Positions 1-15,412 of a stretch of DNA of 64,000 bases are shown here, piece by piece. This DNA comes from the human T2T-CHM13v2.0 reference genome, Homo sapiens. A model generated the notes under the pieces. The model saw only the letters and a list, made by a program, of their open reading frames with translations, had not been told where the DNA came from and did not search any database. The stretch lies in assembly GCF_009914755.1 (NCBI RefSeq), contig NC_060934.1. One strand, 5' to 3'. A program made the position numbers and the translations under genes. Position 1 is the stretch's first letter. Each line of letters starts with the position of its first letter.

Positions 1-349
1 GGCCAAAGAAAAATGATGGCACAAAGGAGGAATGACATTTGTTTGGGGAGAACGTAGTAGAATCCATAGCAGAAATATTTGAAATTGACTAGAGGTTGCC
101 CACATGGAAAACGGCATTGAAATCATTTTAGGACAAGGATGCAGAAGTGCCAAACTGAAGAGGTGAACAAGAACATAGTGCTTTTTAGAATCTATTAGTA
201 GTTCAATGTAGAGTCATAATTCTCAAACTAGAGATCTCCCAGGGACACACCTAGATGTCAGAGACAGGAGTAAGAAATGTGAAACTGAAGGAATAGAGGG
301 AATGAAGGAGGAAAGTAATACCAGGGTGGGTAATAGAGTGGTGGTGAAG

Positions 350-1128
350 AGGTGATCATTTCAAACTTAATGTGTCCAAATCTCACCTCTGGATTTCCCT
401 TTAATAACTTTTCAGTTTCCTAGTCTTTACCAGCTCATTAAATGGCAAAATAATAACTTCATTGGGCCAGGTGAGAAATCTGCTCATGTCTAAAAACTCC
501 AAGTCTAGCTCATTCTAGCTCTTAAATTTATCTCAAATCTGTCTGCACCCAGGCCATCACTCTAGTCCAAGCGACTGTTAGTTCTCTGCTGTTGACCTGA
601 GTCTCTGCCTTTGACCTGTGTTTATGTGAACCCCTCTAACACATCTTTCTCATAGTTGCCAGGGCAATCTCCTAACAGGCTAAATTGTTTATCATCATTC
701 CACTTATCTCACACAACTCTCGTCCTCATTCTCAATTCTTCAGTAATTTGGCCTACTTTCAGCTCCTCAAACAAGCATCTTCCAAGCTGAGAGTTTTAAG
801 ATCTGTTCCCTGAAATAATTTCCCCACACTCCCCACCCAGCTAGCACCTTCTCATCCTTCAGTTCTCACATTTAAATACTACTTTCTCAAATCATTCTCT
901 GACTATGAAAGCAGTTTCACCTTTTCCTACCTTCTACACTTTAGTCTTTTTGTTCCTGTATTCACCACATTGCCCTTATGTAAGTATCTGTGTGCCAACT
1001 TGTTTAATGTCTGTCATAAGCCACTACACTGTAAACTCTGTAAGGACAGGAAACAGATCTACTTTGGCATGATTTACCTAATATAATGTCTAGAAAACAG
1101 TAGATTCCTGATGAATCAATCAATCAGT
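350..1128 (+). mobile_element. L2 LINE 3' relic
   Basis: L2-type text (tttcaaacttaatgtgtccaaa..., gtaaactctgtaaggacagg) ending gatgaatcaatcaatca. Confidence 0.65.
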
Positions 1129-1129
1129 G

Positions 1130-1295
1130 ATAAAACTGGTGTCACTTGGAGTGCTTATTTACATAAATCCCAGGCCCTAGCCCAGGAAATTTTGATTCAG
1201 CAGGCCTGGAGCTGACTGCAGGTATCTACAATTTTAATTAGCACTTTAGGTGATTCAGAGACATGTGACCCACAGAACACTCTAAGAGAAACATT
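1130..1295. mobile_element. MER5-like DNA transposon relic
   Basis: tcacttggagtgcttatt...tgattcagcaggcctgg...ggtgattc...gagaaacattg. Confidence 0.55.
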
Positions 1296-3844
1296 GAGTT
1301 TGGAGTTTGATGCCATAATGAAGGCAAAATAATGAGGTTTTGAACTAAGGTGGAGGAACTGAATGGAAAGAAGCAGCCAGTGACACAATAGCACCTTTAA
1401 TTCACTAAGAGTTAGGAATGTTACTACCTACATATTGTGATGTCATGGATCTCAGAAATACGCTTCAAATTTATTTCCTGTATCTTTTTTCCTGAATTCT
1501 TCATTTTTGCTGTCACCTCTTTGGAGGTTTTCTTTTTCTTTTTTTTTTTTTTTTAATCTGCAGCAGTAAGGCAAAAACCAGTGTACATATCAGATAAAAT
1601 GCGTTCATGTGATTAAACCAAAATAGCCATTAATACCCAATAGGCTGCAAACCAAAAGCAGAAATTGCCAAAGGCCCAAAGTATATGAAAACACAGAGAA
1701 TGTAAAGGGAGATAGCATTTGTTCTATGGGAGAGTGAGAGAGATGCTACAGAAAGGGAGAGGATGGGGCAGATTCTCCAAAGGTCACTGTGAACACTGGA
1801 ATTAGGGGATAAGAAAAGGTGAACAAGAGAAAGAAACTCAGAAGATCAACTCTGCTTCTTTTATGGTGTCATAAGAACTGCAGCAGAAGGGAAGACATGC
1901 AAGAAAAGAAGATTTGGGGGATCAGACTCAGAGATTCAGTCGAGGAATAGACGCTTTCCCTCTTCTCTTTGTGACATTTGTGTAATATTTTGATGTAGAA
2001 CAGGTAACAAATTGACAAGTTGGCAATAAATTCATCTCTGTAAGAATCGTTTATGGAGCCTTGGATTTAACAACTCAGGTCATTTAGTGGCTGCAGTAGG
2101 CTCAGATGATAGAGCTCATTTTCCTTCTTGCCATTGTCCATTCCTCACAAGAAAAACCCTCCTTCTCAGTCATGTCATCTTTGCTTCAAAACATTTCTAC
2201 TTATTGAAGTTGAACTGTTTACTTGCAGCAAAACTTCAGTTATAAATGTAGTCCCAGATAATTCACCAAAGTCACTGTACTAAATTAGGGCTGATAAAGG
2301 GAGGATATCATTTTTAAGGAGCATAGAAAAATAACAAAATGTAAACACTAAATTTAAATATGAATACTGAAAAACTATACACTTTGGGCATTAGAACAAT
2401 GATTCAGAACTATAGTAATTGCTTTCCAAGTAAAACCATTTATCAAGTTTAAATCAAGTATTTACAAACGATGACCTATGTGTGAAAAATAATACATAAA
2501 AATATTAAATTATTTTGCATCATTTGAAAGAAGGCATTGGTATAATGAAGAGAGAAGTGACTTGGTAGTCACCCCTGAATCTATCAGTAACAAGATTTGT
2601 GACATTTTCACAACTCTGTCAATCTCCTAGAGCCTTAGTTTCCTAGCCTATAATACTTGAGGACCTGAGGCAAACCAGATGATTCTCTTCTACTCTTAAT
2701 ATTTAATTCTAGGTCTTGCAAAAAGAATGGAAAAAGAAGTTAATGCATTGCTTTCCTTTGAAGTACTCACAGCCTAGTTTGGGAGATCACAGAAAACAAG
2801 CCACTCCATTTATAATTGTTCTTTTTTCTTAATCACACTGAATAAACACAAAATCAGTTGCAACTTTTTTTCTATATCTCTCTCTCTCACCTGATTCTGA
2901 GTGCCACAAAAGTAGGGACTATGATTTAATTAGTCCCAGCGATGTGAGCCTGGAAGCTGGAGCACCTTAAATGCTTAGTGAATCTCTATACAAATGAGAA
3001 AATTAAAAAAAGAAAGAAAGAGAGAAAGAAAGAGAGAAAAGAACAAAAAAGGCTCAAAACCAAAAACCATAAAAGTTATCATTAAATCCAGGAAAAACTG
3101 AGTGAGCTCTTCTTGAACTTGGCACTTAATTGTCTCCATGCTCCTGCCTTTTCTGAGTCCTGCCAGTCCCTCTAGAATAATGCACACATGTATGCAAGCA
3201 CACAAACTACAAACAAGGAAATCTGTCAAGCATTGCATATGCCATGAAGATGAGGGAAAATGTCCGGGGAAGGCTTGGGATCAGCTGAAAGGGGGAAGAT
3301 GCTGAGGGCATCTAGCCAAGAACTCCCAGGTCATGAGGTGGGCAGGAGAAGGCTTTCCCCAATAGTTCTCTATGTTCCGTGGGAGGGAAAGTACTCATTA
3401 GTCTCTACTTCTGCACTGTGCCCATAAAGTGAAAATAAAGGAAGTAATCAACCAGACTTAGATTCTTTCAGTACCATGTACCCTCTCCTATTCATAAACT
3501 TGAAGTGTTAAGGTCTCACACTTGCTATGAAACTTCCTGTTGAGATGTCCAAGAGGAAAAAGATCATTAGAACTGGGGCTGCTGGAAAATTCTGATTAGT
3601 CATATAAAGTTGAATTAAGATTGAGGTTAAAGAATCTCCTTCACTCCTTTCACACCACCATTCCCAAGTCTAAAAACTTGCTATTTCCAAACTTTCTGCA
3701 TTTCTTTAGACATTGCCATTGAGTTGTCAGGTACTGAGGGAAACAAGAAGAAGAAAGAGGGGATTCTGAAGAAGTTAAAATATGTTTTCATCTCAGACAT
3801 ACACAACTTTTAAGAATGCAAGTGACTAAAAATGTAAAATTGTG

Positions 3845-4420
3845 TGATTCCTTTAGAAAAACAGTTTAACAGTTTCTTCAAAAGTTAAACATACACTTAC
3901 TATATGACCCAGAAATTTCACTCCTACATATTTACTCAAAAAAATGAAAGGGTATATCATTCCAAAGACTTGTACACAAATGTTTATAGCAGCCTTAACT
4001 CTAATAGCAAAAAAACTGTAAACAAAGTATCAGAGGTAAATAGATAAATTGTGGTATATTCAGACAGTAAATACTACTCAGCAGTATCAAAAAACAAACT
4101 ATTGGCACATGCAACAACATAGATGAATCTCACAGCTGCAATGCTGAATGAAAAAGAGTACATACTGTATGATTTACATTGATTATAGGAAAACAATCTA
4201 TATCAATAGAAATCAGGTTACTGTTTCCTTGGGGAAGGGGATAGAGAATGATTGACTACAATGGAGGAGCTTAAGGGAACTGGGTAGATAGCAATGTTCT
4301 AGAACTTTACTGGCTGGTGGTTACATGGATAAGGAGGTCATCAAACTCATTTAAGTGTTTACTTAAATGGTGTGAATTTTCTTGTATATAAGTTAGACCT
4401 CAATAAAATTAATTTTAACA
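3845..4420 (+). mobile_element. Old L1M 3' fragment
   Basis: tatgacccagaaatttcactccta; gcaacaacatagatgaatctca; ends cctcaataaaatt. Confidence 0.75.
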
Positions 4421-4746
4421 AAATTCAAAATTACTCTAAAGCTGAAGTTTTGTGGTATCCTTTATGGGTATCAGAAATGAAAAGAAAATACTAGATCCAT
4501 ATAGTTAATCACCACCTACCAGCTCTCCCCAACTCTAATCACCTATATAAATCCCAGGGAGAAATCAGTGATTAAAATATGTAATGCTGAAGTCAAAATG
4601 AGAGAAATTGGAGCATAGAGTATGCTGTATAGGATGTAAATTAGGAATATATTTATTTAAACAAAAATAGTACTGACATAAATTTTAGAAGAATAAAGTG
4701 ATCACTCGATCAAAGCATCAATCTGAAAGTTGTTTAATCTAGCAGG

Positions 4747-5054
<308 letters not shown>

Positions 5055-5109
5055 AATCCAGTAGGAAGAAGGTTAATGTTACATATCTTCATGCAGTAAG
5101 AAAAACTTA

Positions 5110-5320
5110 ATAGCTAGGACTGAGGTGGGAGGTTGATCTGAGCCCAGGGAGGTCGAGGCTTCAGTGAGCACTGATTACAACACTGCATTCCAGTCTGAGT
5201 GACAGAGTGAGATCCTGAAGAAAGGAAAAGAAAGAAAGGGAGGGAAGAAAAGGAAGAAAAGGAAGGAAAGGAAGAAAGAAAGAAGGGAGGGTGGTAGGGA
5301 GGGAGGGGGGAGGGAGGGAA
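5110..5320 (+). mobile_element. Partial old Alu arm with purine-rich (GAAA/GGA) tail
   Basis: gaggtgggagg...gagcccagggaggtcgaggct...gacagagtgagatcctg followed by a GA-rich tract. Confidence 0.8.
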
Positions 5321-5689
5321 AATCTTAATAGTGGTCATAATAGTTACCATTAATTGTATGCTTATTGTATGCCAGGTGCTTTACATACACTGTCTCACTG
5401 AATTCTTAATACTTTGCAGTAGGTATTAACAATCTTATTTTAGAGTGAAGAAGTGAATTTATAGTGATTAAATAACTTGCCATGGATCCTACAAATAGTA
5501 AATAACAGAACCAAGATTAGATCCCAAAATGACAGTTGGATATATGGTATTGAAGTTTAGGAGAAAGATTGGGTTAGAGATATTGGAAGTCATATCTGTA
5601 CAAATTAAATGGGCTGGACAAAGAAAGGATGAGAAGAGTGAGAAAACCAACAGGATGATGACAGGATGTTACAGCGTTGGACCTGAATA

Positions 5690-5850
5690 TACATGTAATA
5701 CATATATGTAGGAAATATGTATTATATGTACATATATTAAATATATAAATAGTAGATATGTATTATACGTACATGTAATACATATACGGTAAATATATAT
5801 TATATATACATACATGTATTATGTATATAAAATATATTACACACACATGA
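5690..5850. repeat. (TA)-rich low-complexity repeat
   Basis: Degenerate tatatacatgtaatacatatat units. Confidence 0.75.
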
Positions 5851-8221
5851 AGTTATTTAATTATTTATTTTCTCTTTAAAGAAGAGGGCTTTCTGCATCT
5901 GGGAATTGTGGAGAGAGTGTTGCTATGGGGCTTACTTGGATTTCTAGTCCCCACCCTTCTATTAACTATGAAACACCTTTAGCAAAGTTTTTTGTTACAG
6001 AGCTCCTTTCTTTTTAATGGCTTAGCACCTGTGATTCTTTATTTCCAAATAGCCATAACTTTTTCTTAAATTACTATTTTATCTCTTTATAACATAAACG
6101 TATTCTAAAAAGAAAATAGTTGCATAATAACTATTATATATATTATTGTCTTAATCACATATTTTCAATATGAAGAAAATTTAAAAAATACCAATTTTAT
6201 ACTACTCGAATGATTTTCCCAGAATAATTGAGCTGTATATATCAAAGTCTGGTCAGAATAAAGAAGCCACTCTAAGTATTCCAAGCAGAAAGTGTTCTTA
6301 TATGTGGAATTAGATGCTTACAGAACTGATGGAACTTCTCAAGCAATGAAGATCAAAAAAAAGTCACGGCTAGAAATGAGTGATTTACAGGAACTTTCCT
6401 GGGAGTTGCTGCAAGTGAAGCTCAGGAATAAAAGGGGAGCCATGATGGCAGATTTCAGGTGCCTGCAGCACTGTGTGGGTGATTCCCAGGAGTTCACCCA
6501 GAAGCCACCATAAGTTTCTGTTATCAGCCTGTGCACCTGCTCACAACTGCCCCAATGAATGAAAACCCTTTCATTAAGACAAAAGCAGAAACACATCATA
6601 GGAAAGAGAATTCAAACATGCTCCCCTTCTAAACAGAGGAGAATATAGAAAGGATTATGGGTGATGTCAAACTAATACCATATAAAACAGCACCAGAAAT
6701 GATCAGTTTTTATATTTCGCTCCGGGTAGCTGTATATGAATCAAATCTAGGATTCCCAACAAACATTAATGTATAAATGAAGTGACGTAGATGTGATAGG
6801 ACAAGTTGGACTAATTCTATGATATACATAATGAATTCTTTAATTGATTATGAATATTTTAATAAAGTATAACTTAAAGTACTTTCATAATCATATGAAT
6901 GCATTATTTGTCTTTTATTGCTGTTATTGCAGTAGATTGAATGCAGACACAAATATAAAAATCCAACTGCTTTGTGGAGCCAGACGTGAAAGAGATTTGC
7001 AAAACTATAAAGCACTTGTCTCACTAATTTTATATACATATAACCCACATTTTTTAAAAAAGCTTTTGAAAGTCCTAATAATTTTAAGAGTGTAAAGGGT
7101 CTTGAAAACAAAAAGTGAGAATTACTGAATTAGAAAAGTGAATCCTCAATTGACTTTCTGATAAACATATTTTCTTGGAGCATATCTTCAAACCACAAGT
7201 TAACTGCCATTTTATCTTACACTAAACTTTTTTAAAAATCTCATTGCATTAGAAAAGTTTGCATTGACTGCAGCATTTGCCAAATAGCTTCATGACTCAC
7301 AACTAAAGATAGGTTACACATTGGAAATTCAAGAGACCAAGAAACCAACTAGTAGGTAATGAAGGACCTCATGAACCTTGAGTCCCTTGTTGGGAAATAC
7401 TTTCAAGATAAGTGATTTAGGATAAAAAGTCCAAATGAGATAGCCTTCATTTTTCAAGAGAAAAACAGAATATAATCTGAGCTTTGACTCATTCCACACA
7501 TTATGTTCTAATTTATGTAAAATAGTTTTTGGATTAATCATGACTTTTTCTTGGACTCCTTCACTATTTCTTACTCATCCCTGACATCAGAGGCTGTTTG
7601 GCTTTCTGGAGCCAGAGTACAAAAATGCAGATGGAAGGCAGGAAGCAAAATTACATGGCTGGATTTGGGGGATTTTTCACATGAAAATATGAATCTAAAA
7701 AAACCACAAACTCTGAAATAAGAATTCTGTAAAGCTCCCTACACGTTAAGCACATTTATATACAATTGTATTTTGTAGTTCTAATATCAATATTCAGTTC
7801 TGCCTAAGTTAGTCCTTTACCTCAGTGATCACAATAGTATTTTCTGTTTGTGTTCAATCAGAATTTCTTTCTAAGCTTTATTAGATGTCATCCCATTCTT
7901 GTCCCTTGCTACTTTATGCTGGGATGATCATTTATATTTTGTAGCTGTTAGTGCTCTTGGAAGATTTCCTCAGTTTCTGCTAATGTAATTTCCAAAATTT
8001 ATTCAAATATAGATTATTTTTATTTAATTTTCTCCAGTGCACTCTGAGAAATGCTTGGCACTATTAATCTGTTAACCCAGAGATTGCATCTAGGTTTAAA
8101 ATCTTGAATCTTACTTTCTATTTTTCTCTAACTCCCTGTTGCCCTTCTCCTTAATAATGGGAAACCCTAATTCTTTCCCTTTGGCAGTAACTTCCTGTTT
8201 TGAATAAGAGTAAAAAATTAA

Positions 8222-8593
<372 letters not shown>

Positions 8594-10207
8594 TAGATCA
8601 CACTTTTAACTGCTTCTTTATTTTAATCACAGTATTTAAGCTATATCAAAAATAGTTTACTAAGTAAAAGTTACAGAAAAAAATAAATTGGGGAGGGGAA
8701 AAGATAGAGAATGGAAAATATTGGAGACGATTAGAGAGGCAGATCGATCTGGACTGGGAAACACCTCCTCTTTTACTGTTTGCTTCATTCTTTCTTCATT
8801 TTAGCTCTCTTCCAATGAAATCTTAAAATTTTCAAGCTGATTTTAAGCAGGATGTATCCAATAAAATCAACTATGGTTGAAGATTAAATAAGGATGACTA
8901 ATGAGATTGATGTTTTCAAAAGTATGTTTATCACCAAGTGGAGATTTTTAACTCCAGTGTAGTATCCCTTAAAAGGGATGGAACAGTGAAAATGGGGAAT
9001 AGGAGATAATTAAAGGAAGGTGCCTTGTCCTACTTTTCAATACTGATAAAAGCCCCAAAAAGTCTTAATTGGATCATAGCTGTTTTATAGCCTATGAGGA
9101 GACATCTTTCCTTAGCTTTGCAAGTGGCTTTATATACTACTGAGAGAAATCAAAATAATCTCATTCCTTAAAGAGAATGTGGTTTGGCTTAAAGAAAAAA
9201 TGTTAAAAAGTGCTCAAATTTTGAAGTTGTGTAGCTATGAATACAAGACCTTTTTTTCTTCAAAACTGTGTAGTCGTAGAGTACATGTAAGTTGACTAGG
9301 TCGATAAAAATGGCTTGTGGGTATAGCTGCCTCAAAAGACTCAAATACTGGAAGAGCCTTAGTTAAACTAAACTCTGGTTTATTCATACTTACATCTAAA
9401 AGGTAGACATACTTGTAAATTAAAAAATGTTGTTTTTAACTTTTAGCCAAATCAAGTAAACCTAGAATTAACTATTGAAAACCTTGAAAGTGTAATGTCT
9501 TGGTAGAAATATTGTTTTTCCCAAGATACCAAACCAGGTCATAATATAGTAGTAAAATTTAACTAATAGATGATATTATTTTATTAAATAATCAATTCGA
9601 CTTTACCTGATTACTAATTTTATTTTCTTAAATGAAATATATTTTAATAAGATGTATTTATTACTAAAAGAAGGTACATTTTACTTGTTTTATTGGTATT
9701 TGTTTACATAGTATGCCATGGCTACAGTATGATTAATTTTATAAATCTGTTTGATATGACTGGCCTTCCATATTCTTAAGTACATTGGTCAATGCAAGAG
9801 GTAATTGTGGAATTTTATTTATTTATTTTATTATACTTTAAATTGTGAAATTTTATAATGTTCCCAGAGGATGCCTAAGTTTCAGTGGAACTTTATTCTT
9901 TTCAGTAAATATAAAAGAGAAAGTAGAGATTCTTTCTATTGTGGACAATAATTTCTGAATTTTCTGTTTTGGTTAATTTGATGTCAAGTAACAAAGGAAT
10001 TAGTAAACATCTCATTAAATATGTGCTCTGAAATTGTTTATTTAGTATTGTTTCTAATAGAATGTTTCAGATGGAAAATGTGTCATATATTAAGAATTTT
10101 GCCAATTAAACTTCTAATTACCCCAGGGCATATAGCCATCCTTGGCTTCCCTAAATATTTATCTGGATGTGTGAAGATTCCTCTAAAGCATAGACATTCC
10201 AATCAAG

Positions 10208-10386
10208 TTTTTTTTTTTTATACTTTAAGTTCTAGGGTACATGTGCACAACGTGCAGGTTTGTTACATATGTATACATGTGCCATGTTGGTGTGCTGCAC
10301 CCATTAACTCGTCATTTACATTAGGTATATCTCCTAATGCTTCCCTCCCCCGTCCCCCCACCCCACAACAGGCCCTGGTGTGTGAT
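10208..10386 (-). mobile_element. 5'-truncated L1PA 3' end
   Basis: poly-T + tatactttaagttctagggtacatgtgcacaacgtgcagg...; short TSD atcaagtt. Confidence 0.9.
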
Positions 10387-10979
10387 CAAGTTGTTAACCA
10401 ACTAATTTAAGATCCACAGGCTCTAAATGCAACTCCCCTCAAAGCCACAGATTTCACATAGCTTCTGCAGTCTGGAAGTCTGAGCCAGCATTTCTGATAC
10501 TAAGGAAGCTTCACGGATGTTACATTAGGTCATAAGAAGAAGCAAGTTATATGCTTGCTTGGGGTCTCTTATTTGGGATGGGTCTCTCATTTGCTTTGCC
10601 TTGGAAAATTTCTCAGGAGTCATGGGCTGACAAGTGAACTTTTTACATCTACTAGGTTTACAGCATTATGGAATTACCTAATTTTTAGTTTGCTGAGCTA
10701 ATGTTGTGAAAAATTTCTTAATTGTTGACCTTAATGAAACAAAAGTCCTGAGCCCCACTGTCATTTATTTCTGCTCACAACCAGGAAAACAAACCAAAGA
10801 AAAAACTGTAAAGTTTGGCATGACTAAATTGTTCTAATTGAAGCTAAAAAAGATTCATTTTTGATTTTTAATATTCAAATTTATATTATAAAAAGTGTTT
10901 CAGGTACTGCAAATTTCATTTTATCACACATGATTTATAAATATTAAGTGAATAAGGACATAGTTTTGTTATTGGTGAC

Positions 10980-11366
10980 TCTTATGGTCTGAACCGTATC
11001 ATCCCAAAATTTATATGTTGAAGTCCTAACCTTCCATACATTAGAACGTGACTATTTTTGGATAGAGTCTTTAAAGAGGTAATTAGGTTAAATGAGGTCT
11101 TTTGGATGAGCTCTAACACCATATCACTGGTGTGCTTATAAGGAGAGGAAATCTGGATGCAGCAGGTACAGAGGGAAGATGATGTAAAGACAGAGGGAGA
11201 AAATTGTCATCTACAAGTCGAGGACAGAGGGTCCTCAGAAGACACTAACCCTGGAACGCCTTGATGTTGAACATCCAGCCTCCAAAATTGTGAGAAAATA
11301 AATTTATGTTGTTTAGGCCACCCAGTCTGTAGCATTTTGTTATCGCAGCCCTAGCAAACTAATACA
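10980..11366 (+). mobile_element. MLT1 (A/B-type) MaLR solo LTR
   Basis: tatggtctgaa...tatatgttgaagtcctaac...gcagccctagcaaactaataca; 5-bp TSD GTGAC at 10975 and 11367. Confidence 0.85.
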
Positions 11367-14012
11367 GTGACTTTCAATGGATGCTCCAGAGAATCCCAGT
11401 GTAAACCAGAAGATGAACTAAGTCCATGAGCAGAAACCCTGCTCCTAGCTCCTCCAGTCTCCAGCTGCATGCCATGAGTCCAATGGGCCTACCTGAGCTG
11501 GTGTTCACACTTGTAAACCAATGACATTTAATGGCTACCTCACAGATAGGCTTTGAATATTGCATATAACAACGCAAGTGAAAGCACATATAATGTACAA
11601 AATGTTGTCTAAAACTAATGAAACCTTAATATTCTTGAATCTGTTTAACCTACTCTAGTCATCATATGACACAGCCAATGACAATTTTGTCTTCATGCTT
11701 CTGTCATATTACTTGGGTATTGCCTAGGGCAGCAGATTCTGTCTATAAATTCATAGTCAGAGCATCCAGGGTTTTCTCTCCCCAAAGTAGTTTTTTACAA
11801 TTCTCTCTCTTGGCCAAAGCCTCCTCAGCTTTCTTTCTTGGCTCTCTGCTTGCCTCCTTTGTGTCAGGGACTCCTTGAAAACTTATCTTACCCAAGTAAT
11901 GTTGGGGGTAAGGTGGGAGGCAGACCTAGGCAGGATTAGGGCTAAACCTTGTTCACTCTAAGGGTGTGGTCAACACCCTTATCACTAGACCCAAGGGATC
12001 AACTTAGGATAAATTTGCCAGAGTAGGAGACTAGCCAGCCACCCAGACTGGTCTTTGTCTAGAAATTCTAAAACACACCTATCATAATCCCTTCAGAAAA
12101 GTCAACAAAGCAAATCCGGTTTGATTTTTAACAGTCGATTTTACTGTTGCCTTAAAAGATTAGGAATAAAAATATTGTCCAACCTCTAATCTCAGTCTGT
12201 TCATAGAAGGGCACCAAATAACTTGCCAGGTGTAGTTGAGCTACTCTGATGTGGACCTTTTCCATTTTGCTAATATGCAAGTGGTCTTTCTTCTAGAAGC
12301 TATACATGTTAAGGCCAGCTCACTGTCACCAATAGTAACATAAATAATTAAGATACACATTCTCTTCTAGTAAAATGTGGTTTTACAAAGACCTAATAGT
12401 ACTTTTAAGTGGGATTAATTGTGAAATCTCTTTTCTTTCTTTGTATTCATTTAGCCTACTCCTCTAGAATCCCATGTAACCAACAAAGAAATCCCAGCTG
12501 TACTGTGAATGGGAAAAAAATCTTACTGTCTGACCCTAAAGATGTCAGCAACTTACTCTATCAAATCTCTAACTTCATTCACCTTCTGTTTCTGCCTTCC
12601 TATAATCAATTGGATTTATTCTAAAATCATGGTGCACTTCAGGATATTTACTTTTAAATCATAGAAACAATAAAGAAGGTCTTACTAGATGCAAGGCTCA
12701 GGATTTTTTTCTATTATTGTATTGCCATCACTATTTTTTAAGAAAAATATCAGACTTTGTTGATAATGGGATTTTTCTCTTGATGTTATTATATATATAT
12801 ATATATATATGCCTTTTATATGTTTTCAAAATATTCCTTGTTTCACTGTAATATTTTAGTACTCTAAAATAGTTACAGAAATAATCATTATCACATTTAT
12901 GACCTGTCCTTTAATGCTGACATTGACTTCATAAGGCATATAAAATAACCTTTCGCATGATATTTTTTACCTACAGAAAATCCTTCTATCATCACGAATA
13001 TTCTTCTTTCAGTTTTACATTGTTACTCGATCTCACTCATGCACTTATTGAACATGTTGTAATTGTTATTTGAAAGATTGTTACAGTATTTATAATTCTT
13101 AACCTTTTTATTGGTGAAGGATAAATTTAAGAGTCTAATGGAAGCCATGAAACTACTCACCTTAGAAATTCACACAAATTTACATGAACTTTGGGTTACA
13201 AATGTCTGCTCTTAATAATGTCACTGTCAACTATTCAGAGTGACAAAGGCCACCCTAGGTTTCTAAGAAGAGTTGTGATGACAATGTAATCAGTTGCCCA
13301 CAAATGAGTTAAAAAAAAAAGACTTTGGAAATTAATGAAGACAATCAAATAAACTCATTTGCTAAGCACCTAGAGTTGTCTCATGTATTTGTGAAATGAT
13401 GATGGGAATAATCTAATTTAATATCTAAAATACTAATGTGCTCTGTAGTGATATATACATGTATTCTAATGAAGTTCATTTTCTTGAGCTAATAGGGCAT
13501 GCTCTGAAGTCATTAAGAAGCAATATAAAACTATAGAGATTTAAGGACCAAGATGAGTTTTATAGTTACCAAGGTGCAATGGGAGGTCATAGGAAACAGA
13601 GGGATCAACTGGCGTTGGGAATTTTAGGAATACTCTTATTTCCTGGAATGGAGGGGAGTCTCTAAAAATGCCTATTTGTTGAATGAAGTACATTCTTTGC
13701 TATTTAAACTCTATTCACAGGACAGTGATAGCCATTTCTAATTTTCAAGCCAAAGGTGATACAATTGGACTTGAACTGTAAATTGAGAAACAGTTTGCTA
13801 ATGCACTGAATAATGGAAAATTAGTTTCTAGAATGCCAGTGAAGAGTGACAGCAAAAATCATAGCTGAAGTGTAATAAAAGCCTAGAACAAAAAAAAAAA
13901 GGGAATGAGGAATGAAAGTAATTGAAAAAATAAAAGCATCAAAGATCAGCAGTAGACTTGGGGACTGATTGAATGTAAAGACAAAGGAGGTGAGCTTATA
14001 AAAATGATTCAA

Positions 14013-14290
14013 GGCCAGGCAGGCTGGCTCATGCCTGTAATCCCAGCACTTTGGGAGCTGAGGCGGGAGGATTTCTTGAGTCCAGGAGTTTAAGACCAGC
14101 CTGGACAACACGGTGAAATCCCATCTCTAAAAAATACAAAAATTAGCCAGGGGGCACACAGCTGTCATCCCAGCTACTCAGGAGACTGAAGTGGGAGGAT
14201 CACTTGAGCCCACAAGATTGAGTCTGCAATGAGCCATGATTGCACTTTTGCACTCCAGCCTGAGTCACAGAGTGAGACTCTAGAAAGGGA
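14013..14290 (+). mobile_element. Alu (J-type)
   Basis: ggccaggc...gaggatcacttgagccc. Confidence 0.9.
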
Positions 14291-14739
14291 AACATAATCT
14301 ACATTATAAATGGGTTGATTCCTAAGAGATGGTAGCTCAGCTAGAACAGATATTCTCAACATGCATGGACTTCATGGAATCTGCACAAGCCCTCAGAAAT
14401 CATAGGCAACATTTTGTGTGCATGAGTGTATATGCATTGCTGGGGAGGCCTAAATACAAAAGGTAAAACAATAAAGTTTATAAAGAAAAACATAACTTCA
14501 TGACCTTGATGTAGACAAAGATTTTTACATATGGCATTAAAAGTACCATAAAAGAACTGAGGAATTGGATTTTATTAAAATTAATGTTCTTTCCATCAAA
14601 ATATATCATTAAAAGACTGTAAAAACAAGACACTGAGAAACTAGAAGAAAACATTCACAAGATATGCATCTAACAAATGATCGATATCCAAATTATATAC
14701 AGAATTTCTGCAAATCAACAATTAAAAGAAAAACAAGTT

Positions 14740-15075
14740 GGTCGGTTTTGGTGGCTCATGTCTGTAATTCCAGCATTTGGGAGGCTGAGGCGGGTGGATC
14801 ATTTGAGGCTGGGAATTTGAGACCAGCTTGGCCAACATGGTGAAACCCCATTGCTACTAAGAATACAAAAATTAGCCAGGCATGGTGGTGCATGCCTGTA
14901 ATCGCAGCTACTTAGGAGGCTGAAGCAGGAGAATCACTTGAACCCAAAGAGCAAGAGGTTGAAGTGAGCTAAGGTTGTGCCACTGCACTTCAGCCTGGAC
15001 AACAGAGTAAGTGAGACTCTGTCTGAAAAAAAAAAAAAAAAAAAAAAAAAAAGAAGAATAAAAATAAAGAAAGAA
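14740..15075 (+). mobile_element. Alu (S-type) with long A tail
   Basis: Full dimer; TSD aaaagaaaa(a)yaagt on both sides. Confidence 0.93.
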
Positions 15076-15185
15076 AAAGAAAAATAAGTCAACACAATTG
15101 GCCAAAAGTTTTGAACAGGGACTTCGCTAAGAGGATAACTAAATGCTCAGTAAGTATGTTAAATGTTTCTCATTGTTTCTCACTG

Positions 15186-15412
<227 letters not shown>

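Noticed and set aside
5285-5318. G-quadruplex-capable (GGGA)n run
   Set aside because: Part of an Alu-tail-derived purine tract 15 kb from the TSS; no evidence of function.
10021-10410. 129-aa ORF
   Set aside because: Runs through an antisense L1 3' end; no splice or homology support.
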